A DNA stretch of 61,562 nt, filler included, from Globobulimina sp. (GCA_003354225.1; 18 parts of 18 records of this genome joined end to end with filler, not necessarily neighbours in it); one strand, 5' to 3'. Counted from the first letter of the whole stretch, positions 35,560-47,970 are shown. Translations and numbers: made by a program. The notes: generated from the sequence alone by a model not told the origin.

Positions 35560-37419
35560 AACGGTCATATTATTTGTCATTTTGATATGACCATAAAAAT
35601 TAATAATTTTTGTTATGATTTTATAAAAAATATCATTTCAAATATCGTCAAATCGCACTCCGTCAATTACCACAACCGATCCACCACAAAAATCAATGAT
35701 TTATGCCCTCCATTACATAAAATCCTTAATATGTCAACAAAAGAAAGACCTTAATATGTCCTTAATATGTACAATAAATAATAAAAAATACATAAAAACA
35801 CAAAAATTAGCATTCAAACAAGTTGTAAAAGCATATAACAAACAACATTTAAAGCATTTAATTAATAATAAATGTACAATCCAACAGACCATGGAATTAA
35901 ACAATAAATATCAACAATTTTTAGATTTTATCAAATTTAAACAACACAAACATCTCAAAATATTACGAATAGTCAACAAACCCACAGCGACTAAAAATCA
36001 ATAATATATTCCCAGATATATACATTGGAAATTCTGACAAAAATCTGGGCCCTATCATTAATATTAAGAGTGATTGGAATAAACTCAACATTGATACTAT
36101 TAATAAATGTAAATTTTACAATGTTATCTCGACCGACGAACAAGAAACAATATGGATATCTGATGAAATTTTAGTATATATCCATAATTTAATAAATGAT
36201 ATATTAAAAAATACAAATTTTGCTCATTTATTTATAAATCGCCGACGTATTATTAAGAAAATCAAATCATTCTTTTACAAATTGCCTGTACATCAACCAA
36301 TATCTAAGGCGCATAAATTAAATGATGACAATACACCAAAATTAGCGGCTCGGCCTCTAATTAATTGCGAAAATTGCATATATGTTCCCACATCGACTTG
36401 GAGCGGAGAACATAGCTACAAATTATTATTAATTCCCTGACATTGAATATGAATGCCATCTAAAAATTATTTGTTTACACAAAAACAACACATATTTTAC
36501 CGCATTTAACGGCAAATATTTAGTTAAACAAACAACACAAATACAAGGATTAGCCGGTGCCGGTAAGCGATGCCGACTCATTATAACTTGTGCTGAGATT
36601 ATGAATAAAAATCGCATACAAACATTTTATAATATTTGTTATTGTCATTACATGGATGATATAGCCGCTATTATGAGCGACAAAGACAACAACACAAATA
36701 ATTGCATTCATCAACAACAAATCCAATCTTTTTATCCTCAAAATGTTGAAATACCATTAAAAGAACTTATAGTATCAAAAGTTAGTATAAATATCACAAA
36801 TATAACAATTTATTTTGATTATATCAATAACAAAATAGCATATAAACAATTTTTCAAATTAATGTCAACATTTCCATTCACGACACCTATCTCCAACTGC
36901 GACAAACTACGAATTATTCGGAGTTTAACCTCTTCACTGTATCAAAATACTGTGATTACCAACTCAAACAAACGCAATTTTATAATCAATAAAACATTTA
37001 TCACAAAGAAATTAATTGACCGCGGTTGGAATATGGAAGATATTCGCATTGGAAAACACACAAAATATGAAACACGCACTCATATTATAGACAATTATTA
37101 CCGCCGTAAAGACATTAAAGAAAGCATTTTGATACATAGCAATCAATATTATTTATACAAAAATAAGTTTATTAAAAATCAAATCAAATTTAATTTGCTC
37201 ACAGAACAACAACAATCAGATTTAAAAAAATCAGATAAAAACACAACACGAATTGTCATAGAATACGATCGTATCTATGACACGACGGGGATCCAAAATA
37301 GTTATCGCCGCGCTTTAAAGTACATTCCTGATCACCTCAAACATCATAAAATCCAATTTGTTAATAAATACTGTAAAAACATTAATTCTTATTTGAGAAT
37401 GCATCATGAATGGATTTAG
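35560..37419 (+). pseudogene. Penelope-type reverse transcriptase, frameshifted and internally deleted
   Basis: Frame changes near 35750 (11-nt CCTTAATATGT duplication), ~35990 and ~36435. RT motif 3 is missing; YMDD is at 36649-36660. Confidence 0.8.
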
Positions 37420-37696
37420 TTTATTGCATCCAATCTATAATAATAATTTAATTGTTTTAATAATATTTATATTTAATATTTACAATTTTTCCTTTTTCCA
37501 CATTTTTATATTGTTATATTTTGTTTTGAATCAAATTACCTGTGATCTGAACTTTTTATCTATGTAAATATAAAACCTATCAAAATAACTTAAAAANNNN
37601 NNNNNNNNNNNNNNNNNNNNNNNNNNNNNNNNNNNNNNNNTTAATTAATTAANNNNNNNNNNNNNNNNNNNNNNNNNNNNNNNNNNNNNNNNNNNN

Positions 37697-39551
37697 CGTT
37701 TATATTTATTCATTGGCTGTGACTGATCATCAACAATATTATTATGCCCATAGTTTATATTAATACGTTGTTGCTGTTGTTGTAATTTCTGAATTGTTTC
37801 ATTCCTACGATATCTCCGTTTATTTAATTCATCGATTTCCTTTTTACGTTTCTCATTTTCTGCTGATAATAAACGTATTCTCTCTCGATACGGCACAATC
37901 AAAGATGTGTATTTTTTTAAATTCCTATCTGTTTTGTAAAATAATTTTGATAATTTAGCATTATTTCTCTCTAAATCGCCTATTTTTTCTTGTAAATATT
38001 TTTTCTGTTTCTGTAACTCTTCTCTTTTTCCATTATTATCCCCCACAAAGTACATTGTTTGCATTGTCGATATGCTCTCATGGTCAGATAATGGAAACGC
38101 ATCAGTAATATTATCATTTTCTGCTGCATTCAATGTATCCAATCTTAACTTTACTTCTTTCAAATCATTTTTTAATTGACGCATTATTTCAGTTTCTGTT
38201 GGTTGCACATTAAAAGAAGTTACTTTTTCTGTTATTACACTTCCTGGGATCTGCTGCTTAATATGACTCGTTTTTAATTTTTTAATTTCGCGAATAATCT
38301 TTGGAGCGTGAATTGATTTTACTTTTAAATCTTTGATTAAATTATTACGATTAATATCATTTAATAATATCTCTCCATCCACCTCTTGTTCGAGAAACTC
38401 TTTTTGATATCTTTTCATTCCAATTGTGTTCAGCCAATGACATACTGCCGAAGTATCCCATTCGTTTGATTTAAAGATATCAATATACGGAATATTGTTT
38501 TTCTCCTTCAACGTAGCACAAAAATTGAATAACAATGGTATAATATGATAATATGAAGCTATTGAAGCACTTGCAAAATATTTAAAATCCATCAATAGTT
38601 TGTACCGCAAAGCAATTTTATTTCAGTTGAATATTGTTATTTTAGTCAGTTATTTTTTAATTTACAAACAACAAAAACACGAATATTTTATTGAATATTA
38701 TTGCTTCTAGCTTCGTATTGTCATATTATATAAATTTATACCTCAGATTTTGCTGCTGTTAATAGCACATTTTCATCTGTCAATGAATTATTTACGTTTC
38801 TCAATTTTGAAACTTGCTGTTTCAATGTATTAATGTGATTATTATATTGTTTTTTCAATTCAACACGTGATTTATTTGTATGTCGCGTCTTTTCATAGGC
38901 AATCTTGGTATCATTCAACTGATTATATATGGAATTATATGAAGATTTCATGGATTCATAATCGATTAATTTAATTTTATTCAATTGTAATATCTTATTC
39001 AATGCAGCAATTTCTTCCTGAACTTTGAATATTTTTTCTTCATTTTCATTCAATTCAAATTGTAACGGTAATATTTTTTCGTTCAACATTTGCTTTTCAG
39101 TTTCTTGTACTAACAATTTCGAATTCAAATCATTCATTTTGTTTTCAAAAACATCTGAATTGGATTCCAGTGAATTATCAAAAACATTATAATCGCAGGT
39201 TAAAACCGTTTTATTTTCATTGATTTTCGCTTGTAATTCATGCAAATTACGCATAAATGTGTTACTATGCAATGATGCCACACCTAAACTATTTACCAAC
39301 ATATTTACATTAATACCATTTAATAGTACATTTCCATCAATTTGTTGCTCAAAAAAGTGTTGCATACAATAATTATAACCATTCTTTTCTACCCAGTATG
39401 CCACTTCATAGTAGTTCCAATTCTCTGCATTTAAATCTTGACAAAATTTAGGATCGTCCATTCTGAGAGATAACTCTTCTTCAAATTCAACCATCTGTTC
39501 CATAACTTGTACGTGTTTCATATCGTTGCTCAATCTGTTTGGCATTATCAT
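37697..39551 (-). CDS. Tandem SAM + coiled-coil protein, spliced, 3'-truncated
   Basis: Two SAM domains: 'WNYYEVAYWV...FFEQQIDGNVLL' and 'WDTSAVCHWLNTIGMKRYQKEFLEQEVDGEILL'. Intron donor at 38741. Confidence 0.8.
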
Positions 39552-39643
39552 GATGGAAAAACTTAAAGTACTAGCTCAGATATATAATTAATGAAGAATT
39601 GCCGTGAAAGTTTTCATGCACTCAAAACCGTCAAACAATAACA

Positions 39644-40320
39644 ATGCAACAGACCTCCTACGATCATTTATTTAAATTACTAACTATTGGAGACAGTGGT
39701 GTAGGTAAAACATCATTGTTATTGCGCTTTTGTGACGATTCGTTCACAGATAATTTTATAACAACAGTCGGCGTAGACTTTCGATTTAAAACATTGGATA
39801 TCAATGGTGCTTTGGTCAAATTACAAGTGTGGGACACCGCCGGACAGGAAAGATTTCGCACCATCACCACCGCATATTATAAGGGAGCGCATGGCATCAT
39901 GCTCGTATTTGATATAACGGACAAAAAAACCTTTACGCAAATAGCAACCACATGGATTGAAACGGTTCGACAAAATGCTGAGGCAAAGGGTGAAATGATA
40001 TTAATTGGAAACAAATGCGATGTGACGCAGCAACGGCAAGTTACACAGCAAGAAGCATCTCAGTTTGCGTCGACTAATAATATGCCATTTTTTGAATGTT
40101 CTGCCAAGAGCGGATATAATGTCGACGAAGCTTTTATTACTATCGCCAATAATTTGATGCTAAGAGATGATTTATTGAGTAATAACTCGGTATATATGTT
40201 ATATTACATTTGCGTTAATAATATGTCACAAAATAATATAAATAGAAATCAATGAGTCCCGTTGATATATCCCGCAAAGGAAATAATAGTGGAAATAAAT
40301 GTAAATGTGAATTACTATGA
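39644..40320 (+). CDS. Rab GTPase of the Rab8/Sec4/Rab1 group; intron 40190-40245
   Basis: GDSGVGKT, TVGVDF, WDTAGQERFRTIT, YYKGAHG, GNKCD, ECSAK. The spliced end is ...NKCKCELL* (CaaX-type, Rab8-like). Confidence 0.95.
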
Positions 40321-40752
40321 ATATGGCAATTTGTTCGATATCGATCTTGTTTATATACAATTGTGTGAATTAATTATTTTTTTGTGGCTTGATTCTCTTT
40401 GATTTGTAATAGTTTTTTCTGCTCAATTTTATGTTAAAGTTTTTCATTTGTTTAATTTGAAATAATTTTTTTTTCCCATAATGTAAATGATATGTATCAA
40501 AAAGATAATTTATTCAGAAGATCAGAGCAGTGTATATCGCTAAGTTTGTTATAGAATGTTTTTTTTTTTCTGTCACACACTGCTACATAATGCCACCAAC
40601 TGAGTCATAAAACATAAAACAAATGGATCGGATTTCAACTTTTGAGATTGAGCGCTCACTGCATGAGCTAATTTTAGTTTTGGTGGTCGGACTTCAACTT
40701 TTGGAGTTATAATATTATAACAATGCAAAAATTATCATTTAGTTTGTTTCAA

Positions 40753-41021
40753 TCAATCAATTAAATGATATTCAATACGCGAATGTTGCAAACTAATCAC
40801 CAAATGATATGCAATATTCTCAAAAATGCAAACATGTTTTCCAATTTGTTTATCATTTATAAAAAAAGTCAATGTCCACTCAATACAATTAATCCTCAAT
40901 TTTAAAACATCTCCTTTTTGTAACTGGGGTGCTATATTACTTTGATGTTGATTGGATATCGTGTTTGCTTTTAAAGACTGGCATATATTCTCACCATATA
41001 AAGAGTAAACATATGCGTCCA
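40753..41021 (-). CDS. SPRY/B30.2-domain C-terminus, 5'-truncated (absent from the ORF track)
   Basis: Manual translation: ...LQKGDVLKLRINCIEWTLTFFINDKQIG...YHLVISLQ...YHLID*. Confidence 0.7.
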
Positions 41022-41418
41022 NNNNNNNNNNNNNNNNNNNNNNNNNNNNNNNNNNNNNNNNNNNNTTAATTAATTAANNNNNNNNNNNNNNNNNNNNNNN
41101 NNNNNNNNNNNNNNNNNNNNNAATTAACAGACGAATCCATCAAATATCAATCTCAAGTCGCTCCAATACCGTCTGTCAACGCAATGTGTTATATTCACTC
41201 GTTTATAATAAGAGCAGATTTACGACATTTGATTTACGGAGATTCAACATAATTTTATGGAAGATTCATCCCAAATTCTCAGAATGTACATTTAATCTAT
41301 GCTTTAATTTGGATTCCATCTAATCGGTTGTGCCATTCCTGGCGCTAAAGACAAAAACTCGTACTTTGATTTTGGGCCAAGCACCGTCGCCGCCTGGCTG
41401 CCACCACCAATTAACGAG

Positions 41419-42111
41419 TTGCATATAGTCACACAGTGTGAGAATTGGTCCGACCAAAAAGACACATATTATCACTTGAAATTACATAAAAACAAGAAAT
41501 ATATCTATTCCGTATTATGTGTTGCAACCATTTGCTGTCATGGAATTTCACAATGTGACCATATAAATTATTGGTATCATAATTATCAATATAAATTATT
41601 TTATGTTGAATCAATGAAACAGTTGTTTTTATTTACAAGTCGTAACATTTATTGTTGTCATATTAAAGGTAAATATCGCAAAAAAACAGTGCGTAATCAA
41701 TATAAATGGAAACAATTCCCTGTGATACTACCATGTCATTCGAATAATTATCATGTAATAGTAACACATAATCATTGCGCTATTCTATATTACAAAGATT
41801 ATATTAACAAATTTTACGATGTTTATTGTGTTGATTTATGGACTAAACAAGCATTTAAATGTTCCAATTGGTCGCAAATGGCATATTTAATATCAACGCG
41901 GGATACAAGAACTTTTTTAGTGACATGTAATGATAATATGGCACATTTCTTTGACATACGGTCATATTATAAATGGTCATTAACTCATATTATCCCAAAG
42001 CAAATAAAAGAGAAAGATAATTTATTAGTCCGTGCTTATTTATTAAAGTTTGTACGGATTGACTATGTACCAACTGATATTACAAAATTAATTTCAGCAT
42101 TTTATGCTTGA
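41419..42111 (+). CDS. Degenerate kelch/beta-propeller-like protein (possibly a pseudogene) ending in the recurrent VPxDI motif
   Basis: 'DVYCVDLWTKQAFKC', 'MAHFF', 'LLVRAYL...VPTDITKLISAFYA'. No clean start. Confidence 0.4.
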   Translation: MHIVTQCENWSDQKDTYYHLKLHKNKKYIYSVLCVATICCHGISQCDHINYWYHNYQYKLFYVESMKQLFLFTSRNIYCCHIKGKYRKKTVRNQYKWKQFPVILPCHSNNYHVIVTHNHCAILYYKDYINKFYDVYCVDLWTKQAFKCSNWSQMAYLISTRDTRTFLVTCNDNMAHFFDIRSYYKWSLTHIIPKQIKEKDNLLVRAYLLKFVRIDYVPTDITKLISAFYA

Positions 42112-42469
42112 TCGAGAATGTTTTTGTACTTAAATAAATAATGACGTTGCTTTGTGTTTTTCAAGACACTGATTGTTATCGATTGTCGTGCGATACTCGA
42201 TGGACACCACTTTGCCAGCCACTTGATAAAATACTCAAAAATTGTGGAATATCTAAAGGTTTGAGATAGTAATTATTTGCGATCAGAATATTGTTTAATT
42301 GTTTTTTTTGTGATCGATACATTAATATGATTAATAAAAAATGAGTATGAATTGTAACATCTCTTGTGTTTGCATCGAGAATATTTTTCTGGCAAAGTGA
42401 ACATGATTCACGTATGTTTTGTACTACTTCAGTTCCTTAAAAATTAATGTTAAGCAAAAACAAGAAATA

Positions 42470-42604
42470 TACTTTAGAATAGGACCTGTTTGTAAGTTGT
42501 AACACATTGTTTTTAAAATCCGCAAATTCCCAAGTCGTTTTGTTAGGTTTTAAAATTTTTCTTAAAACGAGGTGTTTCAAACAGGTCCTAAAACGCGGTG
42601 TTTG
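42470..42604. repeat. Small inverted-repeat element; left end shared with 50041-50061
   Basis: TAGGACCTGTTTG (42480-42492) / CAAACAGGTCCTA (42578-42590). TACTTTAGAATAGGAC(C/G)TGTT occurs on two contigs. Confidence 0.6.
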
Positions 42605-42674
42605 ACGGGATTACGTTGTGCATTATAACAAATAATGTTTTTTTGTTACTCACAAAATCAGAAAATAAAAACTC

Positions 42675-43943
42675 ATGCCATTAATAAATCGATTTGTTTG
42701 GAGAACACCACGTATCATTGGCACAGGAATGACAAAATCAAGCAGAAAGCGAGAGGCAAATGTTACTCCGACATGTTTGATGAAAGAAGCATTGGAGGAG
42801 GCATTATCCGCTGCAAACTTAGAATTACATGATTTAGACGCATTGATTGCAATCCCCTCTCTCTCTCATCCTCATTTTATGGAAGCACACCACTTTGCCA
42901 CTAAAATAGGTTTATTACCGCAATCCGGATTGATTCTACGCACAATGGACACAGGTGGCGCCTCTCCGATAACTGCTTTATTAGAATCGAAAAGGATGAT
43001 TGCCAACGAACATATAAATACGATTGCAATTGTTGGTGGTGACTGCGTAGCGTCTTTGCCAACACATAAATTCTTAGAATTGGCAGACAAAGGTTGTCGG
43101 AATAACGAGAATATGGAGGAAAAATCACCAGTAATACCACATGGCTATGATGCATATGCCCAATACCAACTAAATAAATATGGCAATGGCAAATATGGAC
43201 TGAAAAGAGAGCACTATGCAATGGTCCCTGTCTTGATGAGTTATCTCGGCATTAAACATCCATCCTCGTTAATGTACAAACAAAAGCCGCACACTTTGGA
43301 CGATGTACTTAGTTCGCCGCAAATTGCACCAATCACAAACTTATTAGAATGTGCCAGACGCGGCGATGGCGGCGCCGCCATAATTGTGGCATCGACGGGG
43401 TATATAAAGAATGTGTTAAACAGAAAAGGAAAAGAATCAAAATATAATGTGATTATTTCAGGTGGCGGCGAAGCGTCGGGGCCATTATATCCGCCAATTG
43501 ATAAAACCTCGATAAATGAGTCGATGTTCTCCTGCGAGGAAGCGGCGACCATTGCATTTAGAGAATCGAATTTAAAATGCAGCGATATTGATTGGTTTGG
43601 ACTTTACGACTGTTTCCCAATTACATTGATTCGAGCCATTGAAGCTGTTGGTTTATGCCAGGAAGGATGCGGCGGCAAATATATTGAAGAGTTTTATGAA
43701 AATGTTGTTGTGGATAAACAATTAAATCCGAATGATTTTCCAATAAATACGCATGGCGGGTTGTTAATGTTTGGAGCGCCGTGGGAAGTGCCTGCAATGT
43801 ATTGCATTTTGGAGGCTGTGGATCAAATTTGTAAAAAAGCGGGCGACAGACAAGTTGCTGGGTGTAGGAGAGCCTTGGTTTATGGGAATGGTGGCATATT
43901 TTCACATTCTTCCGTTGCAATCTTGTCGGAACCGGTTGAATAA
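42675..43943 (+). CDS. Thiolase-fold protein (SCP-x/Ltp2-like subgroup), intronless
   Basis: 'DGGAAIIV', 'LYDCFPIT', 'PINTHGGLL', 'ALVYGNGG'. Confidence 0.85.
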   Translation: MPLINRFVWRTPRIIGTGMTKSSRKREANVTPTCLMKEALEEALSAANLELHDLDALIAIPSLSHPHFMEAHHFATKIGLLPQSGLILRTMDTGGASPITALLESKRMIANEHINTIAIVGGDCVASLPTHKFLELADKGCRNNENMEEKSPVIPHGYDAYAQYQLNKYGNGKYGLKREHYAMVPVLMSYLGIKHPSSLMYKQKPHTLDDVLSSPQIAPITNLLECARRGDGGAAIIVASTGYIKNVLNRKGKESKYNVIISGGGEASGPLYPPIDKTSINESMFSCEEAATIAFRESNLKCSDIDWFGLYDCFPITLIRAIEAVGLCQEGCGGKYIEEFYENVVVDKQLNPNDFPINTHGGLLMFGAPWEVPAMYCILEAVDQICKKAGDRQVAGCRRALVYGNGGIFSHSSVAILSEPVE

Positions 43944-44020
43944 AGTAAGCTTGCATTGAATGATTGTGTCATTTAAAAAAAAACTGACTTTCAAAAATAG
44001 GTCTTCAGTTAGTTGAAATC

Positions 44021-44446
44021 ATGTCGCTTGAACGCAAACAACCTCCATTAAAAAAAAGAAAATTTAACCCGGAAATCGAAGAAAAAACAAGCGATACCAT
44101 TAAGTGCGTATGGTGTGATGAAAAGAATGCAATCAATCCAATTGATGATGATAAGAATGATAATGCTGATTGCAGCTGTACTGAAATTGCATCATCATTG
44201 AAATCATCAATATGCCACCAAATAATTGAAATCGATAACGCTGGGAATTCTAAATCCAAATTAAAATGTTACAAATTATTACGATCAGAACAGAAAAACG
44301 GTTTATTTCAAATTGATTGCAAAGACGGCAACGTTAATTTTGATTCAATTGTGTTTCAAAATAAATTATCAAAATCATTAGAAACCAATGGAATTATTAT
44401 TTTACGGAATTTATTTTGTAAGAAACAAATATTAGAGGCAAAGTAT
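44021..44446 (+). CDS. Possible phytanoyl-CoA dioxygenase (PhyH)-family protein, 3'-truncated
   Basis: Ends in 'LETNGIIILRNLFCKKQILE', resembling the PhyH N-terminal motif; NLS-like PPLKKRK. Confidence 0.4.
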
Positions 44447-44620
44447 NNNNNNNNNNNNNNNNNNNNNNNNNNNNNNNNNNNNNNNNNNNNTTAATTAATT
44501 AANNNNNNNNNNNNNNNNNNNNNNNNNNNNNNNNNNNNNNNNNNNNGTTCACTGTTGAGGCGCTTTATAAATGTCTGCAATGCCACAAATGTACCAGTAA
44601 TAATGGTTTCGCACCGTTGT

Positions 44621-44700
44621 TAAATAGTTACTAAATAGTTACTAAAAAGTTACAAAATAGTTAGAAAATAGTTAGGTGTAACTATTTTGTAACTATTTAG
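44621..44700. repeat. Fold-back array of an 11-mer (AAATAGTTAC-type): 5 forward + 2 inverted copies
   Basis: ...CAAAATAGTTA GAAAATAGTTA GGTG TAACTATTTTG TAACTATTTAG. Confidence 0.85.
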
Positions 44701-44957
44701 AACGCCCAGCCTCAATTTGCATACAACTTGTAATCTTGTATAGGAGATATACTTTTCGTGAAATTTTCAGGGATTTTGGGAAAAAAAACATACGTTTTTG
44801 AATACAAAACATTATAGTAAAACATATAAAAAAATAAACTGGATTTGTTTAAATTTATTAACAATGCAACGACATTATCATCAATCATTATAAAAAAAAA
44901 AGAAAGTACAACAAAAAAAGGTCAAATTACACCCAACCGACACAAAAACGAATAAGA

Positions 44958-47712
44958 TCATGATTTTAATAACTTATCCCTTCGTTGATTTGCTAATTTA
45001 ACATATTCCCTCAACAATCTCCGTAACGAATCAATTTCCTTCGATGTATTTTGTAGAAGCAATATCTTTGAATGTGAAACCCGTTTCACCTCCTCACTCA
45101 ACTCAAATATCTCATCATTCATTATATCAAACTTATTATTATTTTTATCATTCACTACCTTCAATCTCTTATTCTCCACACTCAATTCCTCGATTTCCTC
45201 TTTCAACTCATTCATCTCATCCGCATCGCCTCCACCATCATTGGTAGTAATCCCCGTATCCAATATGCCCAAATCACTGTTATCATCATCCACTTCCACT
45301 TCCGCATTATACTCATTATACTCATTATAATTCCCATTCTCATTCTCATTCTCATGCTCCGCCTTCACTCTCTCCAACTCATTCACAGCCCGTTCCAACT
45401 CATTTGTCCTCTCCTTCAACAGCTGCCTTACCTCAGTCAGCTCCTCCTCCCTTATCTCCTTATTAAAATTATTCATATTATTCATGCTCAACAAGGCATC
45501 CGTGGACCGATCAGACACCATCGAAGCCGTAATACTATGGCCGCGCCCAAACTGCTGCTTCTTGTCCTGGTTCACAGTCACCTCAATATTCTCCCATAAC
45601 CGCTGCTGATTCGACGGCTCCACGATGCCAATCTGTTGCATCAACCGATCGAACAACACCTTATGCTGCTCATTAATCTGCGGCGTATTCGGGTTACCAA
45701 ACGTATCCGTTGCATGCAGCAACTGTTGTTTCCGCAAATCCATAATCTGCTGCTCCATGGCTTTGGCTTCATCCATGTCCTCAGAATCCACCACAACTTT
45801 GGTGTTCACCACGTCCATCGAGGCCGCAGTCACCAACTCATAATTCTTGTTGCTGATGGCAGCGATATTCTGCTTATTCATTCGCTCAATCTCGGCCTGA
45901 ATATCCTCGGCATCTCTCGCCTGCTCCTCCTTATCGCGCAACTCATTGATGTTAGTCTGCGAATCGCGGATCAAATCGTTGCGTTCCGCCATGGCGAGCA
46001 ATTTGGCCTTTTTTGATTGCATTTGCATCCCTTGCATCTGTTGCCGCATTGCAGCGTCGTCTTCGTTGTCTTCGTTATCCTTATGGTCATTGTCAGCGTC
46101 GTTTATATCCGCAGCCGTATCGCCGTAACCGTGCGGTACCAATGCCTGAGCGGAGGCTGTTTCATTCGGGTCGCGAATGGCGTCGTTGCGCTCCGCCATT
46201 TTGGCGATTTGCTTTTGTTTCTCCTGCGTGGCCATCTCCTGTATGGATTCCTTCATATGCTGCTTCAAAGCGGCCAACCCGGCCTCGTCCCAATTCGTTT
46301 TCGTCCCGGCTCTGAACGCGCGGTCATACGGCGCTGGCGCTAAGGTGTCGGGGACGTCGTTGTTATCGTTTTTGAAGGCTTCTTCCTGTTCCTCCTGTTC
46401 CTGTTGCATCATGATTTCAGTGCGTAATTCGAATTGTTTTTCGAATTGCCGTTCTAAGGCGGCTTGGTGCTGTATGATTAATTCGCGCCGCATATCGTCC
46501 TTCATGGAGGATAAGTCGTCTTCGTTCCATTCGGTGACAGAGTCTTTTCTGTATAATTGCTTCACGTTGCCACCAGACGCCGATAAGCGCTTTTTATAAA
46601 CGAACAATTGTTCCTCCAGTCGACTTTTCTCCTTTTTGTGTATATATGTTTATTGTGTTATATATCTAGAAAATTGTATGTATACTGCACGCAAAATCGC
46701 TTCATGCAAAGCAGAAAAAGCACAGATTTCTGACGTGCTTTGCTTCTGTACTCAACTGCGTGCAATGTAGATATCTGATTTTTGAGAGCTGGGAGCTATG
46801 TATAAATGGGTATATATATATTATTATAAATATAGATAAAGAGATATGAGGATCGGACATTTGTATCACATGATGGGCTATGCATTGATGATTTGCCGGT
46901 TGGGTTATGATTATATTTATATCCGTTTTTATGTTGCATATATTGAAATTTTTTCATGAGTTTACGGTTCTGTTCACGTAGAGTCAATACTTGATGCGAC
47001 AATGATTTATTTTCATTGGTGAGAGTGTCCACCATTTCTCTCATATCGCCGGCGTTTGTCTGTGCTAACTCTAACTCATCGGTCAGTTCTTGGACTACCT
47101 GTATCATCAATGCATGCATGCCATCATATCATATCATCATAAAACATATTATATATTACAAACATTTGTGTTTTCATCATAATAATCATCCCCGTCACCC
47201 ACATGCGGGGTGCTATTAGCATTATTATTATACGTTCCATTCTTATTTTTATTGGCTTGTTGCAACTGAATCTGATACTGTTCAATCAATTTCTTGCCTT
47301 TCTCCTCCCGGATGCTCCAATTTCGTTTCTCTTCTTGCAAGGATTCTATCTGAGAGCGCAAGTTTTGCACCATTTCAATGCCTTGTTTGCGTTCCGTTTG
47401 ATATGCATTCATTTTCTGCTCCAATCGAGTGGGTTGGAACAAGCCGGGGTCGGTGGTGCCGGTGAATAATGTTTCCAATGAGGTTTTGGTTTGGTTTAAT
47501 ATGGAGGATAATTCGGTGATAAATTCTGCATTCACAGAGGTTGCAGACTGTTGAATTAAATGTCTTACGTTGTTAAAACTGCCATTGAATGATGTCCGGA
47601 TTTCTTTTAACAAATGTTTGGCATTTTCATAACGTGTATATAAGTCGTCGTAAGTTATATCCTCTGTCATGGCGCCGTTGAGCGGTTTAGGGGCTGAGGA
47701 GTAAGCGAGCAT
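44958..47712 (-). CDS. Multi-exon acidic coiled-coil protein with internal short repeats
   Basis: ORFs 47149-47712, 46796-47119 and 44958-46607 are separated by AT-rich GT..AG segments. Repeats: MAERND(A/L)IRD and TxW(N/D)Exx L. Confidence 0.65.
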
Positions 47713-47970
47713 TGCTAAAGAAAAACGATCGAAAAACTCTCTTCAGTGAGATTTGTATTGCATGAGAAAGGAAGGAAAATAGGTTAATAATAAAATGTTA
47801 AAGGTAACATTTAACTTTTTGCTTTTCAGTTTGAAATTACTGTTTTTTACTGTAAACTCTTTGAATTTACNNNNNNNNNNNNNNNNNNNNNNNNNNNNNN
47901 NNNNNNNNNNNNNNTTAATTAATTAANNNNNNNNNNNNNNNNNNNNNNNNNNNNNNNNNNNNNNNNNNNN

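Larger units (their letters stand above)
34446..37419 (+). mobile_element. Decayed Penelope-like retroelement, two ORFs, no endonuclease
   Basis: Basic RG-rich ORF1 followed by RT fragments with SDKNLG, 'P..SKAHK...RPLI', 'NNTYFTAFNGK...QG', YMDD and a thumb-like 'KKLIDRGW'. Confidence 0.8.

Noticed and set aside
36155-36185. CTGATGA as a hammerhead ribozyme core in the PLE
   Set aside because: It is inside RT coding sequence with no stem II followed by GAAA.
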